Both the position numbers and the translations under genes were made by a program. Positions 20,834 to 30,937 of a DNA stretch of 64,000 nt are shown here, one piece after another (within the stretch, counting starts at the first letter, position 1; the number at the start of each line of letters is the position of its first letter). Origin of the DNA: Nitrospirales bacterium. Its GTDB lineage: Bacteria > Nitrospirota > Nitrospiria > Nitrospirales > UBA8639. Location of the stretch: positions 2,176,001-2,240,000 of the forward strand of contig OY820905.2 of NCBI GenBank assembly GCA_963555755.3. Reading direction: 5' to 3'. The notes beneath the pieces are model-generated. The model was given only the letters and a program-made list of their open reading frames with translations. It was not told the DNA's origin and made no database searches.

Positions 20834-20974
20834 GGGCACCTCTAAAAACCGTCCTTTTCCGTGATGGCGGCGTCAGCCGCGTGCTCACATCCTCATGTAT
20901 TCGCCCATACACTCCGGTTTTCCGCGCACGGCTTCCTTGCCCTCACAAAAAATGCCGGGTTTTTAGACGCGCCC
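20834..20974. mobile_element. MITE-like repeat family B (141 bp)
   Basis: TIR gggcacctctaaaaacc; 4-bp TATA duplication; copies at 40037, 40311, 41104. Confidence 0.88.
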
Positions 20975-21013
20975 TATATTCTGGGATCGGAAGGAAAATT
21001 TACCGAAGCACCT

Positions 21014-21613
21014 TTACGGTACTCCGAAGACCACTTCTTCTCGGTAGGATTCCTCTATAACAGAATGGGGATGAAACGATTGAACGGGTTGACCCGTCCC
21101 GAAGATTTTCGTCTTTGCCGAAATTTCGGGTTGCCAAATCTTTTTGGTGTAGACCACAACCGTCCCGGCCAGCTTGTCATGCCAGCCTTGCTTTCTCGGA
21201 TCAAACGCCGCGCGGATAAATCCCCAACACAGGGGGATCGAAGAGAGGAAATAGCCAATGTACCGTTTAACGAATTGCCACTGAGTCGGCTGCCGCCCGG
21301 TAGCGACATCCACAATTCTAGCACCTATCGCCATTTTTCCTGGCGTCGCCGCACAATAAATCCAAAACACGACGATCGCCGCTGCAGGCAACATCAAGGA
21401 GAGTAATAAGTCAATCGGGCCTTCGACGAACGCCCGCGATTCAAGATAACCCCATCCGTAGACTGCAATAAGAAACGGATAGGTCACAATGACGGTCAGA
21501 ATCGTATCAAGAAATGTAGCCCAAAGCCGCGCCCAAAATCCAACATAGGCCCCCCTGAGTTCAGGGGGCTCAACCGCTGGCCATGCCTGTGTGTACATTC
21601 GTCGTTTTCGCAC
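21014..21613 (-). CDS. RDD family membrane protein
   Basis: GFWARLWATFLD, ATPGKMAIGARIV, KQGWHDKLAGTVVV. Confidence 0.92.
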   Translation of the reverse strand: MRKRRMYTQAWPAVEPPELRGAYVGFWARLWATFLDTILTVIVTYPFLIAVYGWGYLESRAFVEGPIDLLLSLMLPAAAIVVFWIYCAATPGKMAIGARIVDVATGRQPTQWQFVKRYIGYFLSSIPLCWGFIRAAFDPRKQGWHDKLAGTVVVYTKKIWQPEISAKTKIFGTGQPVQSFHPHSVIEESYREEVVFGVP

Positions 21614-21788
21614 AACCGATCATCTCACTCCCAAGACACTTTAATAAATGATCCTCCTCATCATGTCGGCGTAAATAAAACAACCCTTGAATAACCAACA
21701 CAGACCATTCGAGAGAAACACCAAACCAAAAAGCCCCTCCCGGATAGCAGAGGCTTCAACCTTAGAGGCCATAAGAAAATCTCAGCGT

Positions 21789-22058
21789 TTACTTTTTATG
21801 AAAACTAATATGGTCCTTATACTGGTCGACCGCGGCCTTTAATGCGGCTTTGCCACGCGGAATGTTGGCATCCAAGGTCTCCTCGATCTCTTCATCATCA
21901 ATGACCACCTCATACTTATCTTGCACATTGGTCATGACCACCCCTTTTTCAACCTGCCGAGGCAGATATATCTCCAGCCACACTTCCTTCTCAACGAGAC
22001 ACACCTCACAAAACCGATCGTACAACATTTCCAGCCGTTCAGAATCTGTTTCTTTCAT
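21789..22058 (-). CDS. Hypothetical protein (89 aa)
   Basis: AAGGAG RBS; globular acidic composition. Confidence 0.75.
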   Translation of the reverse strand: MKETDSERLEMLYDRFCEVCLVEKEVWLEIYLPRQVEKGVVMTNVQDKYEVVIDDEEIEETLDANIPRGKAALKAAVDQYKDHISFHKK

Positions 22059-22364
22059 GCTTCACAACTCCTTCTAATGATATCGGACTCATTCTCTCGA
22101 ATCGTCTGCAAGACTAGAAAACATAGACATCAGTCGTCAACGGGTATGTTTCTTATTTGGATTTTGGGCCGCGAGAACATCAAGAGTACGAGATTCAAAG
22201 GAGCCAAGGGTTAAAATGGACTCAAGGAGAAGGAAGGCAAGGAGCTGAACTCGTAAATTCAACTCGCTAGCGCAACAGTGGGTTTCTTGAGAATTTATTA
22301 GATGCAGGGTTTCGCCCCTGCATCTAATAATTCTTGTCAATAATCTTGAACGTTGCCAAACGAT

Positions 22365-22433
22365 AGATTTCTCCCAAGGGTCGAAATGACAGAAAGAAAA
22401 CCTGGATCCCCGATTAAGGATGTCGAGGATGAC
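22365..22433. repeat. GTCA-tagged REP arms
   Basis: agatttctcccaagggtcgaaatgaca followed by ctggatccccgattaaggatgtcgaggatgac. Confidence 0.65.
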
Positions 22434-22535
22434 GGCCGGAGGAATTGATGAACTGCCTTAAACCAATAAGCCTCAACAACTCGAAACGTAAGCTGTTCAC
22501 TTCGGTGCCTGCGTTGGACGAGTAGGTTACATCAT

Positions 22536-22841
22536 TTAGGCAGGAACATAGGGAACAATCTTGAATTTTCCTGATTGCTTCCGCATCTCTGTCGCGTCAA
22601 ACCATGCTTGCATCCTCAGCAACATATCCATGTTCAATTGAAACGCCTTTTCCAATCGTAGAGCCATTTCCGGCGACAGCGCCACTTTTTCATTCACCAA
22701 TTCTGACAGCGTGGCACGGCGTACGCCCAAAACCTCGGCGGCTTTGGTGACACTTAGGCCAAGCTCATCTATCACTTCGGTCTTAATGAATGCCCCCGGA
22801 TGGGAAGGCTTCATGCCGATTTTCAAACCTTTCTTCTTCAT
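22536..22841 (-). CDS. higA: HigA-family antitoxin
   Basis: PSHPGAFI, LSVTKAAEVLGVRRATLSELVN, LSPEMALRLEKAF. Confidence 0.93.
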   Translation of the reverse strand: MKKKGLKIGMKPSHPGAFIKTEVIDELGLSVTKAAEVLGVRRATLSELVNEKVALSPEMALRLEKAFQLNMDMLLRMQAWFDATEMRKQSGKFKIVPYVPA

Positions 22842-23131
22842 CAGTGATAATCCCCCACATCTAACAAATCTAAATACCCGTCCTCCTCTTCAAAGGTAAT
22901 CCGCCAGTTGCCCGACGTGGACACACTCCATGTGTCCTTTCGATCCCCTGAGAGTTGATGCACCCGCCAACCCGGAGGCGCGGACGCTCGAAACGCGCCC
23001 ATATCATCAGCCAGAATAAGCGCGGTCAGAATATTTCGTATCCTGGTCACCAGATCGGGCCGAATACCTCTGGTCTGATTGTCTTCAATCAGGCGTTTCA
23101 AACCCCGGTGACGCACGGATCGAATAATCAT
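22841..23131 (-). CDS. higB: HigB (RelE/ParE-family) toxin
   Basis: IRSVRHRGLKRL, GWRVHQLSGDRKDTWSVSTSGNWRITF, GDYH; toxin-first order with 1-bp overlap. Confidence 0.93.
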   Translation of the reverse strand: MIIRSVRHRGLKRLIEDNQTRGIRPDLVTRIRNILTALILADDMGAFRASAPPGWRVHQLSGDRKDTWSVSTSGNWRITFEEEDGYLDLLDVGDYH

Positions 23132-23142
23132 CTATTTATACT

Positions 23143-23159
23143 GTACGGTAATGCCGTAC
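23143..23159. promoter_or_regulatory. Probable HigA operator
   Basis: GTACGG-TAATG-CCGTAC palindrome 12 bp upstream of higB. Confidence 0.6.
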
Positions 23160-23269
23160 GCATTGCAAGCTTTTTTCTTTTTGTGGAAAATTAAAAAATA
23201 ACGCTACCACCTTTGGCTGTTCCTTCTTCATACTTTCCCTCTGTTGAGGAATTATGAGATGCAGGGTTT

Positions 23270-24057
23270 TGCCCCTGCAGACGAGGCCCTTTTGTTTCGG
23301 CCAAAAAGGGACTGTTCAAAAAGTTTCCGAGCAAGACCGCAGGCAGCAAAAAGCCCAAGGCGTACAGAAAGTAGGTTGAGGGCTTTGAACAACGAGAACG
23401 CAGCTAGGGAACTTTCAACAGTCCCTTAAACCTAGAAACGGCAGTTGGGCACAAAAAAGACGTGCAAGATATTGGTGTGCATGGTGAAATACAAAAAGTC
23501 GTGGTCACCTCGGTGGTGATGAGACATTTTTGTATTTTGCCAGGTGCGCCAAGAGCTTGCGCGGACTTTTGTGATCCAACTGCCGTTTCTAGGTTAAAGG
23601 ACCCAAAACCATTCTCGCTTATGCGCGGCCCTACAGAGAATGATCAAACCGTTCGTCAGCAAGGCCGCAGGCGCTTTGGCGCGCGCAGCGTACGCGTTAG
23701 TAGGTGAGCACGGCAAAGGGCCGAGAACGCCGCTGACGGACGGTTTGATCATTCTCTTCCGGGTCCCTCCGCCTCCGTACCGAATAAGATGGCTCGGGAA
23801 CTCGCTACGCTCAAACAGCTCTCGCCGAGAGGCCGATTCGGTACGGAGGCTCCGCCGGGCCCAACGCAAAGACCCAAGTTCGATGCAGAAAATGAAAAAA
23901 CAACCTTACATAACAATTGATTGTCATTTCGAGCAGAGCGAGAAATCTCCCCCCAGTGTCGAACGAGAGATTTCTCCCAAAGGTCGAAATGACAAAGGAG
24001 GGGCTGAAGTGACAGAGGGGAAGACCTGGATTCCTGATTATCAATGTCGGGAATGAC
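23270..24057. repeat. Nested cluster of palindromic repeats (E-type 23308-23425, family C 23430-23594, E-type 23635-23757, host repeat, REP doublet ~23922-23994)
   Basis: Visible TIR pairs; host repeat partly repeated in reverse at ~39710-39818. Confidence 0.75.
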
Positions 24058-24132
24058 TGGTGGAAGCTCGTATGGGCATGTGGCTTGAATCCTGACTTCA
24101 GGACTCCAAGTCACGAGGTAAGGAAGGCGACA

Positions 24133-25725
24133 TCAGGGTTCGGGGGATTCTTTTTTCTCGCACCCATACCCACCACCCCCAGGCGTTTCTATTCGTAGAC
24201 GGTCACGAGGACGAACATTCAGTTGGGTCTTGCCAGGTAACACTTCTTCCTCCCCCTCACGAATCAAAACATTTCGTCCAGTTTTGCCAGAGACGCCTCC
24301 AGCCAGACCATACGGCTTCATCCGTCGCCGATCAGACAAAATGGTGACTTGCGCGTCATGGAGAAATTCAATTTCTCGCGTCACTCCCTCACCACCTTGA
24401 AAGGCACCTGACCCACCTGTGCCTTGGCGAAGGCCATAGTGGGTTACTCGAAAGGGATAGGCATATTCCAGGGCCTCGACTGGCGTATTGAGCGTATTCG
24501 TCATGTGAGAATGCACACCGCTGGCTCCATAATGTCCAGACCCCGCTCCCATGCCCCCGCCGAGAGTTTCATAATAGGCGAATGCACGTTGCCGTTCAGG
24601 ATCCCATCCGCCAATGGTCACATTGTTCATCGTCCCCTGGCTGGCGGCTGGAACTCGATCGGGACAGGCTTGCGCTAACGCGCCAATCAACACATCGACA
24701 ATGCGTTGTGCGGTTTCCACATTGCCCGCGGCCACTGCCGCCGGACGTGTGGCATTCACCACCGTTCCTTCAGGCGCCCGTACGGTCACAGATGCCATGC
24801 ACCCACTGTTTCCCGGAATATCCAAGCCTAATAAACAGCGCAGAACATAGGCCGTCGCCGACAAGGTAATCGCATACACCGCATTGACATTGCCTTGACA
24901 CTGTGGGGCTGACCCCTCGAAATCAACGAGAATTTCATCGCCCTGAATCGTTATCGCCACCACGATCTTGATCGGGTCGGGATCAATTCCGTCATCATCA
25001 AGATAATCTGCATAGCGATACGTCCCATCCGGCAAAGCGGCAATCAGCCGGCGAGTCATGCGCTCGCTGTAGATCAACAGGCCGTCCATCTGTGTCGTGA
25101 CAACCTCTCGGCCATATCGATCCACTAACGCTTGGAGTCGTTCGATACCCGTGCGGTTCGCCGCCAGTTGGGCATACAGATCTCCGGTTCGTTCTATGGG
25201 AGTGCGAACATTCGCGAGAAACAAGTCCCACAATGCTTGATTGCGTTGTCCCTCAGAAATGAGTTTTAGGGGAGGGATGATGATTCCTTCCTGAAAGAGT
25301 TCCTGAGACAATGGCATGGACCCCGGCGACATGCCTCCCACATCGGAATGGTGGGCGCGATTCGCGACAAAACCGAGAAGCGTCTCCCCGCCATTGACCA
25401 TAGTGAACACCGGCGACACCAGCGTGATATCAGGCAGATGCGTGCCGCCCTCAAACGGATCATTGACCATAGCCACATCACCCGGGGCGAAGGTCATCTT
25501 TTTCAGGCAGGCTTGGACGGATAACGGCATCGCGCCCAGGTGCACCGGGATATGGTCGGCCTGAGCAATGAGTTGGCCGTGCTGGTTAAACACGGCACAG
25601 GAATAATCGCATCGTTCTTTGATGTTGGGAGAAAAGGCTGATCGTCGAAGCCGAACTCCCATCTCTTCGGCCACCGACGAGAACAAGTGTTTAAAGACTT
25701 CGAGCTGAATGGCATCGTCCTTCAT
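24133..25725 (-). CDS. Hydantoinase B/oxoprolinase family protein
   Basis: AEEMG, SAFSPNIKERCDYSCA, HIPVHLGAM, NDPFEGGTHLPD, RAHHSDVGG, TPGGGGYG. Confidence 0.95.
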   Translation of the reverse strand: MKDDAIQLEVFKHLFSSVAEEMGVRLRRSAFSPNIKERCDYSCAVFNQHGQLIAQADHIPVHLGAMPLSVQACLKKMTFAPGDVAMVNDPFEGGTHLPDITLVSPVFTMVNGGETLLGFVANRAHHSDVGGMSPGSMPLSQELFQEGIIIPPLKLISEGQRNQALWDLFLANVRTPIERTGDLYAQLAANRTGIERLQALVDRYGREVVTTQMDGLLIYSERMTRRLIAALPDGTYRYADYLDDDGIDPDPIKIVVAITIQGDEILVDFEGSAPQCQGNVNAVYAITLSATAYVLRCLLGLDIPGNSGCMASVTVRAPEGTVVNATRPAAVAAGNVETAQRIVDVLIGALAQACPDRVPAASQGTMNNVTIGGWDPERQRAFAYYETLGGGMGAGSGHYGASGVHSHMTNTLNTPVEALEYAYPFRVTHYGLRQGTGGSGAFQGGEGVTREIEFLHDAQVTILSDRRRMKPYGLAGGVSGKTGRNVLIREGEEEVLPGKTQLNVRPRDRLRIETPGGGGYGCEKKESPEP

Positions 25726-27746
25726 GAATATATCTCAATATGCAGATTGGCATACTCATCAACACGCGCGTGATCATTGATACCTAGCACGATTGTCGTG
25801 TCGTCTTGGATGATCACGGCTGGCCCGTCTATCTCATTGCCTGGGCGCAAGCGCTCTCGTGAAAAATGCGGGGCCAGGACAGGACCATCAGGTAAGACCA
25901 GCCGGTGTGTTCCAGTCACAGCATGAGATGCGTTTGCAGAAGCTTCAATTGGTAAGCGCGAGAGCGAAGGCGGTTTGGTTCGACCACTACCCTGCACCCG
26001 TAGGTTGACAATCTCAATCGGTGCATCTTCCTGCCGATACCCATATCGTTGCTGATGCTGTGCATCAAAGCTGGCCCGATACGTTTTCGAAAAGGGAACG
26101 GTTAATTCATACGATTGCCCAACATACCGAACATCGAGTTCGCTGAGTATTTCGACATCATCAGGCTTCACGCCTTGGGCCTTCAGGCCAGACCTGCTCT
26201 TCTCGATCATGGGTGCAAAGTTTCCTTGCAACTCTTCATACGAGGGCTCATCGGATCGCATGATCGTCTGTACGGCATCCACTCGAACATGGGCCGTCAA
26301 CATTCCATAGGCTGATAATGTTGACGCGGAGGAAGGAATGAGTACTCGACGAATTCCCATGCCCCTGGCCAAATCACAGGCATGGCCGCCGCCGGCCCCA
26401 CCGAACGACACCAACGCATAATCCCGGGGGTCATGTCCTCGCTCCACGGAAATCACGCGGATCGCGCGCTCCATCTGGGCATTGACAACCTGAACGATTC
26501 CCAAAACCGCGGCTTCCACCTCTGAACATTCGGCTTGTGGTTGAAGGTCAAGCTGTTCAGCCAACACCGCCATGGCCTTGGACGATGCTTCAATATCAAA
26601 TGGTAGCTGCCCTCCCAAGAGACCCGATGCCGGCAAGCGACCTAACAGCACATTCGCATCGGTGACCGTGGGAATCAGTCCCCCTCGGCCATAGCAGACT
26701 GGCCCGGGATCGGCTCCGGCACTCTCCGGGCCCACCCGAAGGGCACCCCCTTTATCCACTCGCACCAACGAACCACCACCCGCGCCGACGGTATGAATAT
26801 CAATCACGGGAACGCGAATGGGGAATCCGCCCACTTCTGCTTCCGACGTGGTTTCAATTTCACCATCGACAAGAGAGACGTCCGTGGAGGTTCCACCCAT
26901 GTCAAATGTGATGAAGCGGTCACACCCAGCCAGCTTGGCCACATGCACGGCCCCGACCACGCCTCCTGCAGGGCCAGAGAGAATCGAGTGCACCCCTTTT
27001 TGGCGTGCCTGTGTCGCCTGAATCCGTCCGCCATTGGATTGCATGATATAAAACGTGTCGGCACCCAACGTATCTTCAAGCTCGCCGAGGTATTGATCAA
27101 GCACCGGCGACACATAGGCATTCACGACCGTAGTAGACGCACGTTCGTATTCACGGAATTCGGGAAGCAATTCCTGGGAGGCCGTCACAAAAAATCCCTC
27201 CTGCCGAAAACATTGGGCCACTTCCTGCTCATGCGCAGGATTCGTGAAGGAAAAAAGAAAACTGATGGCCACCGACTGAACGTGTTGCGTATGGAGGAAA
27301 TCCACGAGGGCAGGAATCTCGTTGACATCAAGCGAGATAAGCACGTGGCCTTGATAATCAATCCGCTCCGGGATTTCGAAACACAGATCTGAGGAGACCA
27401 GGGGTTCGACTCCCCCACTGAACCAATCATAGAGGGCTCGTCGATTTTGACGGCCAAGGCGCAAGATATCTCGAAAGCCTTTCGTCGTGACGAAGGCAGT
27501 CCTGGCACCCTTTCGTTCTAACAGGGCATTGGTGGCGACGGTGGAACCATGAATGATGGTTCGTGGAAGTTCACTAGAAAGACGCTCTAGGCCTTGCAGC
27601 ACTGCTTTAGCCGGACTTGAAGGCGTTGAGAGAATTTTAAACGTGGATATCTGATTCGCTGTCTCGTCAAACAGGACAAAGTCGGTAAACGTTCCGCCAA
27701 TGTCAATCCCGATAAACAGTCGAGGTTGGAGGTTGCCTATAAACAT
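25722..27746 (-). CDS. Hydantoinase A/oxoprolinase family protein
   Basis: GIDIGGTFTD, HGSTVATNALLERKG, SGPAGG, DMGGTSTD, GAGGGS, FGGAGG. Confidence 0.95.
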   Translation of the reverse strand: MFIGNLQPRLFIGIDIGGTFTDFVLFDETANQISTFKILSTPSSPAKAVLQGLERLSSELPRTIIHGSTVATNALLERKGARTAFVTTKGFRDILRLGRQNRRALYDWFSGGVEPLVSSDLCFEIPERIDYQGHVLISLDVNEIPALVDFLHTQHVQSVAISFLFSFTNPAHEQEVAQCFRQEGFFVTASQELLPEFREYERASTTVVNAYVSPVLDQYLGELEDTLGADTFYIMQSNGGRIQATQARQKGVHSILSGPAGGVVGAVHVAKLAGCDRFITFDMGGTSTDVSLVDGEIETTSEAEVGGFPIRVPVIDIHTVGAGGGSLVRVDKGGALRVGPESAGADPGPVCYGRGGLIPTVTDANVLLGRLPASGLLGGQLPFDIEASSKAMAVLAEQLDLQPQAECSEVEAAVLGIVQVVNAQMERAIRVISVERGHDPRDYALVSFGGAGGGHACDLARGMGIRRVLIPSSASTLSAYGMLTAHVRVDAVQTIMRSDEPSYEELQGNFAPMIEKSRSGLKAQGVKPDDVEILSELDVRYVGQSYELTVPFSKTYRASFDAQHQQRYGYRQEDAPIEIVNLRVQGSGRTKPPSLSRLPIEASANASHAVTGTHRLVLPDGPVLAPHFSRERLRPGNEIDGPAVIIQDDTTIVLGINDHARVDEYANLHIEIYS

Positions 27747-27788
27747 GATTCGTTCTTCCTAACGAAATTTGCAGACAAGAGCAAGAAT

Positions 27789-28152
27789 TGTCATTTCGAC
27801 CCTTGGGAGAAATCTCGCCGTTCCTGCCACGCTTGGTAATGGATCCCAACCCCAACGAAGAGATTTCTCCTTCCACTCGAAATGACAGAAGGGGTCTGAC
27901 GCTCGCTCATCTCGAACAAACTAGCAAACTTGGGGTCCCTACCTTTTGTCATTTCGACCCCCCCTTTTGTCATTTCGACCCCCCCGTTGTCATTTCGACC
28001 CTTGGGAGAAATCTCGCTTTTCCTGCCACCCTTGGCAAGGCGGTCCGAGCCCAACGGAAAGATTTCTCCTTCCACTCGAAATGACAACAAAGAAAACACC
28101 ACTTTGTCCTTCCTTCCATGTCATTTCGACCCTTGGGAGAAATCTCGCCGCT
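27789..28152. repeat. GTCA-tagged REP array downstream of the GIY-YIG gene
   Basis: Doublets tgtcatttcgacccttgggagaaatctc...agatttctccttccactcgaaatgaca at 27789-27887 and 27988-28086; stuttered arms at 27947 and 27968; lone arm at 28119-28146. Confidence 0.9.
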
Positions 28153-28164
28153 TCCCTTCACAGA

Positions 28165-28458
28165 TTAGGCTTCCCAATTTTGCCTAAGATCATTCCACTT
28201 TGGGTTGATCGTTATCACTAAGGAATTCTTTTTCGATCGACGCCACTTTTTGATTTCTTTTTCCCGCGCAAGTGCAGCGTGAACATCGGTTGTCTCTTCA
28301 AAGTAGACCAATTTCTTGACGTTGTATTTTTTCGTGAATCCTTCTATGACGCCATTCTGGTGCTCCCATACACGTCGTTCCAAATTATTCGTTACCCCCA
28401 CATACATCACTCGATTATTCTGAGTGGTCATCAGATATACGAAATAGGGATGGGACAT
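28165..28458 (-). CDS. Stand-alone GIY-YIG nuclease (YhbQ-like, 97 aa)
   Basis: YFVYLM..MYVGVTNNLERRVWEH..FTKKY..LVYFE..AREKEIKKWRR..NPKWNDL. Confidence 0.93.
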   Translation of the reverse strand: MSHPYFVYLMTTQNNRVMYVGVTNNLERRVWEHQNGVIEGFTKKYNVKKLVYFEETTDVHAALAREKEIKKWRRSKKNSLVITINPKWNDLRQNWEA

Positions 28459-28481
28459 TTGTTATTTCAATCTTTCTTCGT

Positions 28482-28711
28482 TGTCATTTCGACCCTTGGG
28501 AGAAATCTCGCTTTTCCTACCACGCTTGGCAAGGCGGTCCAAGGCCAACAGAGAGATTTCTCCTTCCACTCGAAATGACAACAAAGAAAACACCCCTTTG
28601 TCCTTCCTTCCATGTCATTTCGACCCTTGGGAGAAATCTCGCCGCTCCTACCACGCTTGGTAATGGATCCCACCCCCAACGAAGAGATTTCTCCTTCCAC
28701 TCGAAATGACA
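28482..28711. repeat. GTCA-tagged REP array upstream of the GIY-YIG gene
   Basis: Doublets at 28482-28580 and 28613-28711; 28482-28646 repeats 27988-28152. Confidence 0.9.
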
Positions 28712-28751
28712 GAAGAAGAAGAAAAAAACGGTGAGCCAAAGGAAAGAGGCT

Positions 28752-30272
28752 CTACCCCTTTACGTTTCCACTTAGGGTCACCACTCGAGGCCCGCCGGGG
28801 GCATTGTCCCAGATGGTGAGTTGCGCATGGTAGGGCCTGGGTTCATCCCCAGCAAAACGAATGTGAACGGAGCAGAGTTTTCCTGTCGTGAGCGTAGTTC
28901 CCAAACAAGCCCCGTCGTTGATCGAAAACGATTGAGAATCAGGCCCTTCCAACACCACCTTCCTGATCGTAAGAGGACCTAACCCCACATTGGCAACCGT
29001 CAGGAGTTTCGCCGACGGTTCATCTCGAACGTCCTCATCAGCAAACTGGACGGCATCGGTACTGAGATTAATCGAAGGGATAGTGGCTTTGCCGCTCAGT
29101 AATATCGACACGTCATGAGAATCACTATTGGTGGTCACGACATCAGGTAAGCCATCCCCATTGAAATCCTCAACTCCGACGGAGGTCGGCGTGGCTCCCA
29201 CGGCAAAATGGCCAGCCGGCTGAAACGAGCCGTCCCCTCTCCCTAGCAAAATGGACGTGCTATTGGATGCCCGATTCGAGGCGATCAAATCCCAATGTCC
29301 ATCGCCATCGAGATCATGAATGGTTACCGCCATGGGACTAAATCCTACATCAAGTTGAGCGGGTTTAGTGTACTGCCCGGGAGCTTCTTGCAAAAGAACG
29401 TTCAAACTATCCGTAAACACACTGGCGGCAATAAGGTCAAGATTTCCGTCTCCGTCCAAATCAACCTGCATCAGGGCACTAAGCGTAAACCCGGCATCGA
29501 TGTCTTGGCTGCGTACAAACTGACCGTCTCCCTCATTGTGTAGGACGGACACGAGTCCATTCGGAGTCTGCCAACTAGGCTGGCTCCAGGTCACGGTTAA
29601 TTCAGGAAGACCATCGCCACTCAAATCGACGATTGACACACCGGTCGGAAACAACCCATGTTGATCCTGTTCTTCAAACACTTGTGCTGAGCTCAATAGT
29701 CCTTGGCCATTGTTCAACAACACTGACAGACTATACGGAGGATAATTCCCAAAGCGGCCGCTATTGGCGACCACGACATCGACATCTCCATCGCGATCCA
29801 GATCTCCCAATTTCAGAAACGTGGGTCCCTTTCCGGACGGGTAAAACATGGGATCCTGAAACAATCCATCCCCTTTTCCCAACAAGACGACAATTCCATC
29901 AGAACCCGTCTCCGCCACGATCAAATCGAGTGTGGCATCCTGGTTCAAGTCGCCTGAGGTGAGAAACATCGGACTCCGTCCCACACCAAAGGAAATGCCA
30001 GATCGAAACGTGCCATTGCCATTGCCGAATAACATCGTCACATCGTCGGAACCGTTATTTACCGTGGCCACGTCGAGCCACCCGTCGCCATTAAAATCTC
30101 CAACCGTCAAGGCCTCCGGATGTCGTCCAACATCCGCTGGAATCACGGGAGTGAGCACAAGATTTTGTGCCACGACGGGATCGGCCACAAGAATGGCTAC
30201 GCCCAACAAAAGCACTCCGCCCAGGCCTGTGCAGGGATGCCGCTTACTATTCACGTTGATTTTAGAGCCCAT
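28752..30272 (-). CDS. Secreted FG-GAP/VCBS repeat protein with C-terminal Ig-like (ASH/choice-of-anchor D-like) domain
   Basis: Signal peptide; about seven GDFNGDGxxD repeats; LTVANVGLGPLTI...CSVHIRF. Confidence 0.9.
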   Translation of the reverse strand: MGSKINVNSKRHPCTGLGGVLLLGVAILVADPVVAQNLVLTPVIPADVGRHPEALTVGDFNGDGWLDVATVNNGSDDVTMLFGNGNGTFRSGISFGVGRSPMFLTSGDLNQDATLDLIVAETGSDGIVVLLGKGDGLFQDPMFYPSGKGPTFLKLGDLDRDGDVDVVVANSGRFGNYPPYSLSVLLNNGQGLLSSAQVFEEQDQHGLFPTGVSIVDLSGDGLPELTVTWSQPSWQTPNGLVSVLHNEGDGQFVRSQDIDAGFTLSALMQVDLDGDGNLDLIAASVFTDSLNVLLQEAPGQYTKPAQLDVGFSPMAVTIHDLDGDGHWDLIASNRASNSTSILLGRGDGSFQPAGHFAVGATPTSVGVEDFNGDGLPDVVTTNSDSHDVSILLSGKATIPSINLSTDAVQFADEDVRDEPSAKLLTVANVGLGPLTIRKVVLEGPDSQSFSINDGACLGTTLTTGKLCSVHIRFAGDEPRPYHAQLTIWDNAPGGPRVVTLSGNVKG

Positions 30273-30531
30273 GACGTTCCGTATTATCAGGAAAAACTTT
30301 GGTCATTGCGATTTCAACTTCATCCGTGGCTGACATCCCTCTGTTGCGGATATGCGCAGACCATGAGGGAGCATGTCGCAATGCATTGAACACGGCTTTG
30401 ATGATTTCAGGTTTAATGCGAGTTTCCCAATCATGCTCCCAGGCCTGCGCATCCTCATCACCCTCATATTCCTCAGGAAATTGGGCTTCCAAATGAAACC
30501 GAAGATTGAACGTTTTTTCTTCTTGATACAT
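30262..30531 (-). CDS. Hypothetical protein
   Basis: Probable start MYQEEKTF; overlaps the start of the next gene (operon-like). Confidence 0.7.
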   Translation of the reverse strand: MYQEEKTFNLRFHLEAQFPEEYEGDEDAQAWEHDWETRIKPEIIKAVFNALRHAPSWSAHIRNRGMSATDEVEIAMTKVFPDNTERHGL

Positions 30532-30672
30532 GCCAGAATGTCCTTTGTTATGCGACCTTTTAAGATGATCCCGCACCTTCTGACCCGACCTTCATTGTCA
30601 GATGAAGCCTCGCTCACATATACTACGGGTTTACTTGTTAGATTCAACTGCCGTGAAAAGGAGACTGAACCA

Positions 30673-30900
30673 ATGCCGTTGTATGAATACATCTGTAATG
30701 AATGTTCGCACCCATTTGAACTCATTGTCCATAGCTCCACCATCCCTGCCTGCCCTGAGTGTCAGACGCACAACATCGAAAAGCAACTCTCGGCTTTTGC
30801 CGTCAGTGGTGGGAATAGCGATTTCGGGTTTGAGGGGGGACCGGGAAGCTGTGGAACATGTGGCGACCCCAGAGGACCAGGAGCCTGTTCAATGGATTAG
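30673..30900 (+). CDS. FmdB-family zinc-ribbon protein
   Basis: MPLYEYICNECSHPFE...CPEC; AAGGAG RBS. Confidence 0.88.
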   Translation: MPLYEYICNECSHPFELIVHSSTIPACPECQTHNIEKQLSAFAVSGGNSDFGFEGGPGSCGTCGDPRGPGACSMD

Positions 30901-30937
30901 TAGGGCGATGCGTTATTTGACGGGTGCTAACCGCCCC

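Noticed and set aside
27789..28711. CRISPR array
   Set aside because: Repeats alternate in orientation, the intervening sequences are themselves repeated, and there are no cas genes; this is REP-doublet architecture
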